Shown one piece after another: positions 38,049 through 50,640 of a stretch of DNA of 64,000 bases. The notes beneath the pieces were generated by a model. The model saw only the letters and a program-made list of their open reading frames with translations. It was not told where the DNA came from and did not search any database. The position numbers and the translations under genes are program-made. Positions within the stretch are counted from its first letter, which is position 1. Each line of letters begins with the position of its first letter. Origin of the DNA: Podarcis liolepis (Eukaryota); NCBI GenBank assembly GCA_965112155.1, contig OZ218101.1. One strand, 5' to 3'.

Positions 38049-40970
38049 TCAGAGCACTCCTGACATACGGTTGTCAAGCCTCTGCTTAAAGACCTCCAAA
38101 GTAGGAGACTCCACCACACTCCTTGGCAGCAAATTCCACTGTCGAACAGCTCTTACTGTCAGGAAGTTCTTCCTAATGTTTAGGTGGAATCTTCTTTCTT
38201 GTAGTTTGGATCCATTGCTCCGTGTCCGCTTCTCTGGAGCAGCAGAAAACAACCTTTCTCCCTCCTCTATGTGACATCCTTTTATATATTTGAACATGGC
38301 TATCATATCACCCCTTAACCTCCTCTTCTCCAGGCTAAACATGCCCAGCTCCCTTAGCCGTTCCTCATAAGGCATCGTTTCCAGGCCTTTGACCATTTTG
38401 GTTGCCCTCCTCTGGACACGTTCCAGTTTGTCAGTGTCCTTCTTGAACTGTGGTGCCCAGAACTGGACACAGTACTCCAGGTGTGGTCTGACCAGAGCAG
38501 AATACAGTGGCACTATTACTTCCCTTGATCTAGATGCTATACTCCTATTGATGCAGCCCAGAATTGCATTGGCTTTTTTAGCTGCCGCGTCACACTGTTG
38601 GCTCATGTCAAGTTTGTGGTCAACCAAGACTCCTAGATCCTTTTCACATGTACTGCTCTCAAGCCAGGTGTCACCCATCTTGTATTTGTACCTCTCATTT
38701 TTTTTGCCCAAGTGCAATACTTTACATTTCTCCCTGTTAAAATTCATCTTGTTTGTTTTTGCCCAGTTTTCTAATCTGTCCAGGTCGTTTTGAAGTGTGA
38801 TCCTGTCCTCTGGGGTGTTAGCCACCCCTCCAAGTTTGGTGTCATCTGCAAATTTGATCAGGATGCCCTTGAGTCCATCATCCAAGTCGTTGATAAAGAT
38901 GTTAAATAAGACCGGGCCCAAGACAGAACCCTGTGGCACCCCACTAGTCACTCTTCTCCAGGATGAAGAGGAACCATTGATGAGCACCCTTTGGGTTCGG
39001 TCAGTCAGCCAGTTACAAATCCACTGAGTGGTAGCATAGTCAAGACCGCATTTTACCAGCTTCTTTACAAGAATATCATGGGGCACCTTGTCAAATGCCT
39101 TGCTGAAATCAAGGTAGGCTACATCCACTGCGTTCCCTTCATCTACCAGGCTTGTAATTCTGTCAAAAAACGAGATCAGGTTAGTCTGACATGACTTATT
39201 TTTCAGAAATCCATGCTGACTATTGGTGATCACAGCATTCCTTTCTAGGTGCGCACAGACTGTTTGCTTAATGATCTGCTCCAGAATCTTCCCTGCTATT
39301 GATGTCAGACTGACTGGGTGGTAATTATTTGGGTCCTCTCTTTTCCCCTTTTTGAAAATAGGGACAACATTTGCCCTCCTCCAGTCTGCCGGGACTTCGC
39401 CTGTTCTCCAGGAATTCTCAAAGATGACTGCCAGTGGTTCTGAGATCACATCTGCCAGTTCTTTTAATACTCTTGGATGCAGTTCATCTGGCCCTGGAGA
39501 CTTGAATACATCTAAACTAGCCAAATATTCTTGTACTATCTCCTTAGTTATTCTGGGCTGTGTTTCCTTTGCTGAATCATTTGCTCCAAATTCTTCAGGT
39601 CGGGCATTGTTTTCTTTATCGGAAAAGACTGAGGCAAAGAAGGCATTGAGGAGTTCAGCCCTTTCTGTGTCCCCTGTTTGCATTTCACCATCTTCTCCTC
39701 TGAGTGACCCCACTGTTTCTTTGTTCTTCCTTTTGCTACGAACATACCCATAAAAGCCTTTTTTGTTGCTTTTAACCTCTCTAGCAAGCCTGAGTTCATT
39801 CTGTGCTTTAGCTTTTCTGACTTCGTGTCTACACGTGCTGGCTATTTGTTTGAATTCCTCTTTGGTGGTTTCCCCCCTTTTCCATTTTTTGTACACATCC
39901 TTTTTTAATCTTAATTCCGTTAAAAGTTCTTTAGATAGCCACCCTGGCTTCTTTAGGCACCTTCCATGTTTCCATCTCATTGGTATTGCCTGACGTTGTG
40001 CTTTTACTATCTCCCGCTTAACAAACTCCCAGCCATCATGAACTCCCTTTCCTTTTAGTATTGCTGTCCATGGGATCTCACCCAGCACTTCCCTAAGTTT
40101 TATGAAGTCGGCTTTCTTAAAGTCAAGAAATTGAGTCCTAGTGTGCTTGGCTGCTCCTTTCCGCTGTATAGTAAACTTCAGAAGAGCATGATCACTCGCG
40201 CCTAATGATCCTTCCACATCTACCCCACTAACCAGGTCATCAACATTGGTTAGGACCAGATCTAAAATGGCTGTTCCTCTTGTTGCTTCTCCCACTTTCT
40301 GGACAATGAAGTTGTCTGCAAGGCCAGTGAGGAATCTGTTTGACCTTATGCTCTTGGCTGAGTTTGACGTCCAACAAATATCCGGGTAATTGAAGTCCCC
40401 CATTACTACTATCTCCCTTCCTTTTGCATGCTTGGCCATCTGTTCCAGGAAGGCATCATCTATGTCCTCTGTTTGGCTTGGGGATCTATAGTAAACTCCC
40501 ACAATGAGGTCTCTGTTATTCTTCTCTCCCTTAATTTTGACCCAAATGCTCTCACTTTGGCTTTGAGGTTCTAAATCTTGGATCTCTTCACAGGTATACA
40601 CATCCCTGACATATAACGCCACTCCTCCTCCTTTCTTGTCTGGTCTGTTTCTCTGAAATAGATTGTATCCCCCCATTATTACATTCCAATCATGGGACTT
40701 ATCCCACCAGGTTTCAGTGATGCCTATTATGTCATATTTAGTTTGCTGTACCAAGAGCTCAAGCTCATCTTGTTTATTTCCCATGCTTTGTGCATTAGTG
40801 TACAGACATTGAAGTCCATTAATCATTCCCCCGTGTCTCTTATTTAAGGATTTTTTCCTCCCATCACTAGGTCCGCGTGCTGTTTGCTCCATTTGGTCTA
40901 TGACATTTGGATGATCATCTTCATTGATTGATAGACTCCTACCTTCAGGAGCACTGTCTCCCTCCCCCAC
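38049..40970 (-). CDS. CR1 LINE ORF2: APE endonuclease plus reverse transcriptase (973 codons open; true start probably a downstream ATG)
   Basis: APE motifs [26 protein letters not shown] motifs [26 protein letters not shown]1 C-terminal [11 protein letters not shown]...[10 protein letters not shown]. Confidence 0.97.
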   Translation of the reverse strand: MGEGDSAPEGRSLSINEDDHPNVIDQMEQTARGPSDGRKKSLNKRHGGMINGLQCLYTNAQSMGNKQDELELLVQQTKYDIIGITETWWDKSHDWNVIMGGYNLFQRNRPDKKGGGVALYVRDVYTCEEIQDLEPQSQSESIWVKIKGEKNNRDLIVGVYYRSPSQTEDIDDAFLEQMAKHAKGREIVVMGDFNYPDICWTSNSAKSIRSNRFLTGLADNFIVQKVGEATRGTAILDLVLTNVDDLVSGVDVEGSLGASDHALLKFTIQRKGAAKHTRTQFLDFKKADFIKLREVLGEIPWTAILKGKGVHDGWEFVKREIVKAQRQAIPMRWKHGRCLKKPGWLSKELLTELRLKKDVYKKWKRGETTKEEFKQIASTCRHEVRKAKAQNELRLAREVKSNKKGFYGYVRSKRKNKETVGSLRGEDGEMQTGDTERAELLNAFFASVFSDKENNARPEEFGANDSAKETQPRITKEIVQEYLASLDVFKSPGPDELHPRVLKELADVISEPLAVIFENSWRTGEVPADWRRANVVPIFKKGKREDPNNYHPVSLTSIAGKILEQIIKQTVCAHLERNAVITNSQHGFLKNKSCQTNLISFFDRITSLVDEGNAVDVAYLDFSKAFDKVPHDILVKKLVKCGLDYATTQWICNWLTDRTQRVLINGSSSSWRRVTSGVPQGSVLGPVLFNIFINDLDDGLKGILIKFADDTKLGGVANTPEDRITLQNDLDRLENWAKTNKMNFNREKCKVLHLGKKNERYKYKMGDTWLESSTCEKDLGVLVDHKLDMSQQCDAAAKKANAILGCINRSIASRSREVIVPLYSALVRPHLEYCVQFWAPQFKKDTDKLERVQRRATKMVKGLETMPYEERLRELGMFSLEKRRLRGDMIAMFKYIKGCHIEEGERLFSAAPEKRTRSNGSKLQERRFHLNIRKNFLTVRAVRQWNLLPRSVVESPTLEVFKQRLDNRMSGVL

Positions 40971-40975
40971 GCTAG

Positions 40976-41959
40976 TCAGTTTAAAGCCCTCCTGATGAGG
41001 TTTCTGAGATTTTTGGCAAAAACATTTCTCCCAACCGTTGTGAGGTGCAGCCCATCACTTGCCAGAAGTCCATCTTCAAGAAACTGCAGTCCGTGATCTA
41101 AGAATCCAAACCGTTCCTGTTTACACCATTTGCGAAGCCAGCTGTTCACTTCCACTATTTTCCCCTCTCTCCCTGGGCCACGTCGTTCAACTGGGAGGAC
41201 AGACGAGATGACAATTTGTGCATTTAGTTGCTTCAATTTCCTGCTGAGAGCCTCGTAGTCACTTTTGATCTTCTGGAGGCTATTGCTTGCAGTGTCATTG
41301 GTTCCCACATGAACCAAGAGGAAGGGGTATTTGTCAGTGGGTTTTATGATTCCTTGCAGTCGTTCAGTTACATCTTGGATCTTAGCCCCGGGGAGACAGC
41401 ACACTTCCCGAGACATCTTGTCAGGCCCACAGATCACTGCTTCTGTTCCCCTCAGTAGGGAATCCCCTATCACCACTACACGCCTCCTCTTGGGTTTGGT
41501 CGGGGTTCTTCCGTGAGCTGTCCGTTCCAAGGTCGCCTGCACATTCCCTGAGGACTGACTTTGCTGCTCATCTTCATATACCTGATCGACTGTAATGAGG
41601 GAGAGATCCTCAAATGGAGTCTGCTCTTCGTCTTCCATGCTAGGGGAGAAGACCTCAAAGCGATTGTGTATTTCTAAACAATCAGAGTGAACCCTGGGCC
41701 TCCTACTCCTTTGAGTCACGTTTCTCCATATATCTGGCTCCTGTGTTGGTGAACTATCCTCCTTCACAGGGGAGTCCCCTGTCTCCTCCTTGGTGGGGAC
41801 GGTGTGCTCTGTTGCTTCCAAAAAGAGCTCCAGCTCTCTAATTCTTTGGAGCGTAGCTACACGTTCCTCCAGTTGCTGGACTTTGTCTTTTAAAAGGGCA
41901 ATCAACATGCAATTGCTGCAGGTAAAGCTGCCTGCAACCTTTGGCAAGATGGCAAACAT
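40976..41959 (-). CDS. CR1 LINE ORF1 (N-terminally clipped zinc finger/coiled coil plus SGNH esterase domain)
   Basis: SCAMF...CSNC zinc-finger remnant, coiled coil [19 protein letters not shown] blocks VIGDSL, PGAKI, HVGTND, DGLHL. Lies immediately upstream of ORF2. Confidence 0.93.
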   Translation of the reverse strand: MFAILPKVAGSFTCSNCMLIALLKDKVQQLEERVATLQRIRELELFLEATEHTVPTKEETGDSPVKEDSSPTQEPDIWRNVTQRSRRPRVHSDCLEIHNRFEVFSPSMEDEEQTPFEDLSLITVDQVYEDEQQSQSSGNVQATLERTAHGRTPTKPKRRRVVVIGDSLLRGTEAVICGPDKMSREVCCLPGAKIQDVTERLQGIIKPTDKYPFLLVHVGTNDTASNSLQKIKSDYEALSRKLKQLNAQIVISSVLPVERRGPGREGKIVEVNSWLRKWCKQERFGFLDHGLQFLEDGLLASDGLHLTTVGRNVFAKNLRNLIRRALN

Positions 41960-41967
41960 TGCGCAGG

Positions 41968-42088
41968 AATGAGATTCTTATTTTCTGTTGCTCTTTTGCA
42001 AGGAGTATTTTCCTCCTTTCAGTGAGAGATAAGCTGCTTACAGGAAAATACTCCTTGCAAAAGAGCAACAGAAAATAAGAATCTCATT
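41968..42088. repeat. Perfect 47-bp inverted repeat (41968-42014 / 42042-42088) with a 27-bp spacer at the CR1 5' junction
   Basis: aatgagattcttattttctgttgctcttttgcaaggagtattttcct is the exact reverse complement of aggaaaatactccttgcaaaagagcaacagaaaataagaatctcatt. Confidence 0.97.
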
Positions 42089-42898
42089 ACTTATTACAGA
42101 AAAGTGAAAAAGCAAGGAAGTAATTACATTTGCCAAGTAAAGAAGGCTTTGTCCTTGCTGCGAAGAAAACAGAGTTGCTGCATATCCACTTTTCTTCAGC
42201 AGGGAGCAGTGTACAAATTAATGCTTGTGGTGATTGTTATTAAATCTTCACTGGAGGGCAAAGCCCGCAAGCTCATGTTAGGCTGGTCACTCAGCAGTAA
42301 GGAGGACACATGTCGGGCGCATTTTTAATGCAAACTGTAAGTAGTCCAAGAGTTTCATATGAGAAATGATTCTTCAATAGTTTATGAAAGGAGGACAGCT
42401 CACACCACCAAGGTCTTAAACTAATTCCTTTCTGGATCTACTGCAAAAACTGTACTCCATACTGTGATGATATAGATTTGGGGCTGCTTTAGACCATCTT
42501 TCTCAGTTTGCTCCTGATTTATGTGTACATGTAAGATGTGAAAGAGGCAAATGGATGGGTGGGAACGCAGATAGCCTCATTCAAGCATTCAAAGCAGGAA
42601 CAGGGTTGTAGCCAAATGTGTTCTACCTAAAGTAGGCCCACTGAAATTAATGGATCTAAGTTAGTTGTGGGCATTAATTCCAATGGGTTTACTCTGAGCA
42701 TGACTAATTGTGGCTACTACTCAATGTAATTAACATGCCTAGGGAAGCAGATGCCGCCCCTGACTCATGCACATTCATTAGAAATTCCACAAAGACCCTA
42801 ACGCTGGGCAACTCTACAGATGTAATAATAAATGCTTGTAGGTTGGGGTGGAGCTTGCCACCCCATGCATTCATTATTCCTATGTTTATCATCTAGTA

Positions 42899-43033
42899 CA
42901 GGCATAGGCAAACTCGGCCCTCCAGATGTTTTGAGACTACATTTCCCATCATCCCTGATCACTGGTCCTGTTAGCTAGGGATGATGGGAGTTGTAGTCCC
43001 AAACATCTGGAGGGCCGAGTTTGCCAATGCCTG
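42899..43033. mobile_element. hAT-type palindromic MITE (URR1/Charlie-like)
   Basis: TIR caggcataggcaaact / agtttgccaatgcctg, near-perfect 135-bp hairpin, 8-bp TSD atctagta (42891-42898, 43034-43041). Decayed relatives near 10420, 14180, 16700, 20040, 23000, 33250, 37180. Confidence 0.92.
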
Positions 43034-46000
43034 ATCTAGTAAGAATTAACATTATATAGTATGGTTGTGGCCCTCTAAGATTTCTTTGCCACCTCAGAAT
43101 ATGCTACATGAGCTTTAAACTGCACATTGCTCTTTGCTATTGCCCCTTGTATGCACAACAATTGCTTTCAGCTCTCTGCAAGAAATTTGATTTATGCCAA
43201 TCTACAGTTAAAAGTAACCACAATAGCTTTCAATAAAACAAAGCCAGGCATATCAAACAATAAACCAACACAGATAAGAACAACATAGCAAGGGAAACAA
43301 CATAAAATTGGATACAAATCAGGACAAAGAACAAGAATTACAGATTATTTATTTCCTCGTTCACTTACTTTTACCTCACCCTTCAGCAAATCATGACCCG
43401 AAGGTGGCTGATAGATAAAAACATAAAATTGAGATTAAGGGTGAACTATTAACACCACCACCGCATCTCCAGACCCGTAGCCCATGCTGGCCAAGGTGGA
43501 ATTGTTGTAAGAATTTCCTTCTACACTACCTCTTCATTACTCAGGCAAGGGAACAGCTTTTAAATAAAACACGGAACCAAGAGAATTGCAGCAAGCTTCA
43601 GCAGATCCAGTTAGGGACCTGGAGTTTATTATTTACTATTGCAATAGGACAGAGCTCAGCTTACCACAGAAGGAAGGCAAATCACTGTCGGAGCCTATAG
43701 CTAGTGTACCAACAGAATCTGGAGTTGGCCAGTGCCATTTTGCAATGGCAGTGGGACCAGTTTGGGATTCAACAGATTCTGCGATGGCTCGGCCTCTCCC
43801 TGCTCCATTTTGGGCATTCCCACTGGCTGCTCGCAGTGGGGACCCCACAGGTGTCTCTTCTGCCTGTCTGTTCAAAATGCGGAAGGGAGAGCTCTCTGCC
43901 AGCAGAGTGATGCTAACACCAATCCGCAGATAGAGGCCAGCAAGTCTATGCGGAGGGACAACTCCACTCGATCCAATTGTTCCCTAAACTAGAAAAATCT
44001 CAAAAGCAAATGAAAAATAACAGTCAAAGGCAGCAATACAATTGGCTAACAGCATTCAGTTTGCAAATTGCACATTATCTCAGCACACACACACCCAAAC
44101 ACCAGGTGAATAAAAATTTCTTGGCTATAATCTTATGTACACTTACTGTGAATAAGCCCCATTAAAGATAGTTGGCCAAACTTCACAGGCAACATGCATA
44201 GGATTGTGCTGTTATTCTAGCCTGGAAAATAAGAGTTTCAAAACACACGAGAAGCCTCCATGGGCAGAAGAGGCTTCTTGCTATAGACAGGCGCCTTGTG
44301 GAAGGCTTTTAAAATGGTGACGGATAAGGATGAAGTGCACAAACTCATCCCCACTACCTCTCCCTAATGCAACAACACCCCCATTTCCATAATAGTTGAA
44401 GACTGCTAACATCATCTGAAAGATAATAATGCTGCCGTGCCTCCACAAAAGGAGGCCACCACTGAAAAGGCCCTCCTCCCTGGTTGGCATCCACCTAGTA
44501 TCTGAAGATAAGGGTGTCTCCAAGCTGTTCTTAAATCTCAGGCATGTTCAAATGGAGGAAGCTGCGAATCTGTATCATAGCCTGTAACCATGATGGATTG
44601 TGGGGAATGAACTTGAATTTCCTAGGGGTATTTCCCAGCTTCAGTAAACAACGACCCTGAAACAAGTTACAGAAACATCAACATCTCCCTTTCACAGAAC
44701 TTTCTCATGTTTCACCTGCCCAAAAGCAAGGACAGTAAAAAAAAATCCAGTGATTTATTCTATGGAACAACACTGCACAATACTTGTGAAACACACACAC
44801 ACAAACACACATTAAACCATAGATCTGGTTCCGCTCTACATTCCTACAGACTCAATACCTACCAAATGCTAGAATATAAATCTCTAATTTAAGTTACTAA
44901 TCTGTGCACATAAGAGCTGACAGTACTCTTTTCAAATCTAAACTTGTACTTAGACACTGGGGAATTTGTTTATATAAAACTGTGCACTACCCCCCCCCCA
45001 CTTTCCCTCTCAATTGCAAGTTGAGAACATGTAAAAAGTCACGTGCAAAGAGTCACACTGTGCAAATTAAAAATCTCCAAGGCTGTTCACACTAGGCAGC
45101 CTGGGTTAATTTTCTCATTCTTGCATATCAAGAAAATGGGGTCATGTTTGGATTGTGATTTGCACACAAGCCTAACCACCGCAAAATTCTCTTCTAATGA
45201 TACTGACACCACAGGTACGCCTTAAGGCTAACTACATGGAAGGCAACTTGCATTTTTTCCATCACTGTATCCAGGGGAGCGGCGTAAATGGTTGTTAGCA
45301 ACTGAAGGCGGTGCTACTTTGGGTGTCTCATGTGTCAGTTCCCAACACTTTCTGATAACTGCCACCCAGGAGGAAAATTACATGCAATTTCCCTCCCATT
45401 GTATTCACTTTTGAGTTTGTCAGTGGGCACGGACATGTCATTTTCCTACCACTTTGAGATTAAAACCTACATTAAATGGAAAAACCAAAAATCAAAAGAC
45501 TGTGTGCCTCATGCGCGATGCACAGTGCTCGCAAGAGGCAAGATGTTTATGGCAACATGCAGTCTGGGGTGAGTCCCCAGAGACTGTCAGACAGCAAGCC
45601 TGAAGGAGTAATTGTTTAAGCGGCCATCTCTCAATTTCCCATTCACAGCTAACTGACTTGTGGCAGTTTGCTTCTTCCATTTTCGTGCTGGTCGCCTTCA
45701 GACCACCTGGGGAGCGTACAGAGCTGACCTAAATTTCATCTTGCTCAGGCCAAAGTTGCAAAATGATCGTGGGAAAGATCCCAGCTTAACTCACAGTTTG
45801 GGAAAGAGCTTGATCTTTTTTTCCTTTTCTTTTTGCTGTATTTTTGGTGTGGTTTCTTTGACAAAATCGTAATGGGATCAAAGATCAGTGCTGCTTTAAA
45901 GCCTTTTCTCCCCCCCACCCCTTGCTAAATTATCGCTTTTTTCCTAATCTAATCTGATTTTTTAATATTCTTTTTTCGACAGCACTATGAATGTTCTTCA

Positions 46001-46153
46001 AATCATCACTTTTCTGCTCACCTTCCATGCTTTATACTGCCAGTATATAAGGCACAACTAATCCATTTTGAACAGTATGAGACTGAGTGACTAGAGACTG
46101 CAAGGTTACGGGGCTTTGCTCTCAACGTGTATGAACTCACAATATGGCATTAC

Positions 46154-46154
<1 letters not shown>

Positions 46155-46196
<42 letters not shown>
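46155..46196. repeat. (ATT)n microsatellite
   Basis: Direct reading. Confidence 0.9.
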
Positions 46197-48042
46197 GTTT
46201 CAGAAAGTCATTTGATTTGTACATGAAGGGAAACTAAAAAGTGGAGTTTAGGGATAGGTGATAAATTAGATTCAGTTCACATTTCAAGGTGAACCTACCC
46301 AATAGATGTAATAATAGCATAAATAAACAAACCAATATGTAAAACAAAGGACAGCCATCCTTCAAAATCCACAGCTTTCTGAATTCTGCAGTTCTCTCAG
46401 CCAAGAAATGGGTGCATGAAAGCACATATTCTAGGGCAAAGCATGCATTAAAACGCATGTATTCATGAAAATAATGTGGGATAACCCAGCCTCATTTAAC
46501 CAACATGCTTAAGTCGAATTAACACAAGAAGGGGTTAATACCATAGAGTAAACTGTCCTGCCAGGCTTAGCTATGCCCACGTCCCCTCAGCTTGGGAGAA
46601 AACAGGTAATCAAGCCTTTGTTCACCCCCAGTCTCCCTGAGAAGTTCCTATACCAATAATTTCACCACTTTAGAAATAAACTAAGTTTTGCTGCCCATGA
46701 AACCTTGTAAGTAAACCATTTCATGAAAAACAGATAGGCCTATCTTTAGAAAGGATGAGTGAGCTCTGCTCACCTCTGAGGGGAGCGTGTAAGGGGGGAG
46801 AGAGAAGGAGGTGTGACCACATTTACTTTGGCCATGCTTTTTTATGTATCTTTGCTGGCCTCTGCTGGCATGTGGCCTCTGGATGGTGGACCAAGAACAA
46901 ATAGGTCTCAGGCCCTTAGCTATCCCTGATCTACGGTATCTGCTGCAAAAATTAGGGGGGAAATCAGCCTCTGAGATTTATTAATTGCACAGTTAAGCAC
47001 ACTGGATCTGCAGCGATATTACCTACTTTTTTGAAATTGGAATTGCTTTCACATTTTTCCCAATTATGAAAACCATGCTTGCATGAAAAAGCAATATTAT
47101 TAACAGTTTGTTTTCTTCCATGACAATGCATTTAAACATTTACTGCAAGCTAAAAATCCACAGAGCCAAACCATTGGATATGCAGTATTGGCTGTGTCTA
47201 ACTCATCACCTGGGGGAAGGCATAAAAGCAGCACTATAATTTTATTTATGTATCAAGTGTTCTTCCTCAGGCAATATCTGTTTTTCCATCTGCATTTCTG
47301 TGCTGGAGGGAAGGAGGTCCACAGATGAAAGAGGGGTCCCATTGGTTTACATGAATTTAGGTGCCTCTCAAAAATCTGGTCTAGGACATTGTATTTTAAG
47401 TAGGATTTACAGTCCAGCACCATCCAGAAGACCACATGTTCCTCAGCCAGACCTATATCTACTTCCATGAATATATCTAATACTTTTTAAAAATAAAAAT
47501 ATTATTCTTGTACTAAAAGCTAAAAAATCCTCAAGTGCTTCAGCTTTTCTGCATTGGCAAAGTGGACCCCCCTCCCGCCCACTGATCATTTTGGTTGCCT
47601 TTCTCTTTTACTTAGAAATGCTTTGACCTCGCTGTCATATATACAATATGGATCATTGAGGGGGGAGTAATTTATCATACCAATGTAAACGCTGATTAAT
47701 CATCCACCATAGATATATGCAGGTGGGCAATCCATCTGAAGATAACAAATTACCCTTGAATCAGTATGGGTGGTCTCTGTGCGAGAAGGAAGATTGTATC
47801 CTTACCTTTCATCAGTATAGAAGGTTTCCTTAACATGAAGTCCTTATTGAACAAAAGCAGGAGGTGATTGGGGAAGTGGGAAGGAGCTGAATCTAGCCTA
47901 TGCTGTTGAACTGCTGATTAGCTTAAACAAAAATTACCTTCACACAGCCCCAGATGTTCAACTGCATACAGCCAGGTGGATAAATTCAGAGGCAACTGAC
48001 TTTGTTCACCTCTCTCTCCACTCTAGATTGCAAAAGCTTTTC

Positions 48043-48088
<46 letters not shown>

Positions 48089-49362
48089 TTTATATCCTGC
48101 CCTCCCCAGCCAAGGCCGGGCTCAGAGTGGCTAACAGCAATAAAAGTAACACAGCATTCTAAAATCAATATTCTAAAATCAATTCAAAATCAAATGGCAA
48201 CCACTGGGCCAGAGTTCTACGAAGATCACCAAAGGAGGGGGTCAGACGGTGCCAAAGGCCTGGTGGAACAGCTCTTTCTTGCAGGCCCTGCAGAAAGATG
48301 TCAAGTCCCGCAGGGCCCTAGTCTCTTGTGACAGAGCGTTCCACCAGATCAGGGCCACAGCCGAAAAAGCCCTGGCTCTGGTTGAGGCCAGCCTAACCTC
48401 TCTGTGGCCTGGGACCTCCAAAATGTTTTTATTTGAAGACCGTAAGGTCCTCCGTGGGCATACCAGGAGAGGCAGTCCCGTAAATACGAGGGTCCTAGGT
48501 TGTATAGGGCTTTAAAGGTTAAAACCAGCACCTTAAAACTGATCCTGTACTCCACCGAGAGTCAGTGCAGTTGGTATAGCACTGGGTGAATGCGAGGACC
48601 CCGTAAGGAGTCGCACAGCAGCATTTTACACCCGCTGGAGTTTCTGGGTCAGTCTCAAGGGCAGCCCCACGTAGAGTGAGTTACAATAATCAAGTCTGGA
48701 GGTGACCGTCGCATGGATCACAGTGGCTAGGTCAGGGCGAGAGAGGTAAGGAGCCAACTGCTTAGCTTGGCGGAGATGAAAAAATGCTGCCTTTGTTATA
48801 GCTGCAATCTGCGCCTCCATAGAAACCCAAACACTTAACGGCCAGTGCTGGCACTAATTGTGCCCCATAAGAGATGAGAGTTGCTCCCCAATCCCATATC
48901 TTCCCGAACTGTCTTTGAAGGATTTAACTTCAACCGGCTCCCACGTAACCATCCAGCCACAGCTTCCAAACTTCTGATCAGTGTGTCTGGGGCCGAGTCA
49001 GGATGGCCATCCATCAACAGATAGAGTTGGGTGTCATCAGCATACTGATGGCAGCCCAAACCAAAACTCTGGACAAGCTGGGCTCATAAAGATGTTGAAA
49101 AGCATCGGGGAGAGTATCACACTCTGCGGCACTCCACACACCAAGGAGTGGCACGATGACAGTTCCCCCCCCCCAAGCGCCACCCTCTGTCCCCGACCAG
49201 AGAGAAACGAGCGCAGCCATTGAAGGACTATGCCCTGGATCCCCACGTCGGAGAGGCGGTGGTCCAGGAGTTCATGATCAACCATGTTGAAGGCTGCTGA
49301 CAGGTCTATAAGAATCAGCAGCCCCGACCCGCCTCAATCCACCTGCCTGCGGAGATCATCTG
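48043..49362 (-). mobile_element. L2 LINE 3' ~1.3 kb fragment including an RT remnant
   Basis: Frameshifted pieces VDHELL, GVPQSVILSPMLFNIFM, CHQYADDTQLY, TSRLDYCNSLYVGLP, YRISFKVLVLTFKAL. (ATT)n tail at 48043-48090. Confidence 0.92.
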
Positions 49363-49560
49363 GCTCCCTCCTCTGGCAACCTGCACAGAATTTTGCTTAA
49401 TTGGTTGCCATCAATTTGATTTTAATTATTTTTTATAATGAAATATTTTTAGATTGTGTGACTATTTGACTGTTTGATTATTTGATTGTTGTTAGCCGCC
49501 CTGAGCCCGGCTTCGCCTGGGGAGGGCGGGATATAAATAAAATTTATTATTATTATTATT
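49363..49560 (+). mobile_element. L2 3' end, same subfamily as 48043-49362, opposite orientation
   Basis: gttagccgccctgagcccggcttcgcctggggagggcgggatataaat plus (ATT)n. Confidence 0.85.
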
Positions 49561-50194
49561 TAGGGCGACCAGAGCCGTCTTGGTCCCATGACCAGAGTGG
49601 AAGCCGGACTGGAATGGATCCAGAGCCAATGTTTCCTCCAGAAACCCACCAATTAACCTGTTTACAAGAATATATTAAATTGTCCGCCATATATTCCTAA
49701 CAAGAAGCAAGGCAAAGTCTACACACCATTGAGATTTTTTGGATTCTTTATATACCTGAGTTCTTTAGTGCATAAAGTCACATTTGGCCAGCATCGTACA
49801 GAAGGGATAAGGAATAAAAATTCTACTGGAATTAGCATTTGCCATTTTGTTACTTGACTATCAATTTTATATATTCCATTTATAAATCCACCCTTTTATC
49901 ATTTAATGACTCTAGGGTGGATTTTAACATAAAACTGAACTTGAAACAGGTTGCAATATATTGGCATTAAAAAGTGACAGATATTGCTTCTCCGTATAAT
50001 TCTTTTTTGTTAATATAGTAAAAACTTTGTAATCTTTCTTCTTCCCCTCTCTTCTTATTCACACTTTTCTTTCTTTTTGAATGTAATAGAATAAAAAAAA
50101 TCTAAAAGTAATGTTAAAAAACTAGATCACAATAACCATCACATTAAAGAAAATGTGAAACATCAAACAGAAATTACTACTGAAATCACAGCTG

Positions 50195-50640
50195 GTACTT
50201 ACATTGACATACAAAGCCCTAAATGACTTGGGTTGCAAATATCAGAAGGAATGCCCCCTCCCATGCATCCCATCCCAGGTATTAAGATCTGGAGGTGAGG
50301 CCTTGCTGATAAGCTCTGCTGTCTTATGAAGTTTGTGGGGCAGCAGAACATAAGAGGGCCTTTTTTGTGATGGCCCCAGATTGTGGAATGCACTTCTCTT
50401 CAAAGAGCATTTTGACATCAGGACAAGATGCATCTTTTTGCATAGGCCTTGAGGTTGGGGACAAGATCAGAATCCCCCTTTCATTTACAGTGTTGACGCT
50501 GTTGCTGGTTGCTGTTGATTTGGTTTTGGCCTAGTAATGTGTATGTATTACATGCCTTACTTATTTTGTACTGTATGTAACCCACCCTGGGACTGCATGA
50601 TAAAGGGCAGGCTATAAATGCCAATAAATATTAAATAAAG
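50195..50640 (+). mobile_element. Old L2 3' fragment
   Basis: tacaaagccctaaatgacttggg...tgtaacccaccctggga...aaagggcaggctataaat. Confidence 0.7.

Larger units (their letters stand above)
37970..41967 (-). mobile_element. Young near-full-length CR1 LINE, truncated at the 5' end inside ORF1
   Basis: (ATTCTATG)n 3' tail seen as catagaatcatagaatcatag at 37970, two ORFs, probable 6-bp TSD ctttca (37966-37971 and 42016-42021). Confidence 0.95.

Noticed and set aside
38389-41972. Several plus-strand ORFs opposite the CR1
   Set aside because: Antisense shadows of CR1 ORF1/ORF2.
43665-43983. Minus-strand exon-like segment (tttag|GGA...TGTG|gtaagc), open for 106 codons
   Set aside because: Open only from phase 0, which does not fit the phase-1 host intron. 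No recognisable homology, possibly a decayed repeat.
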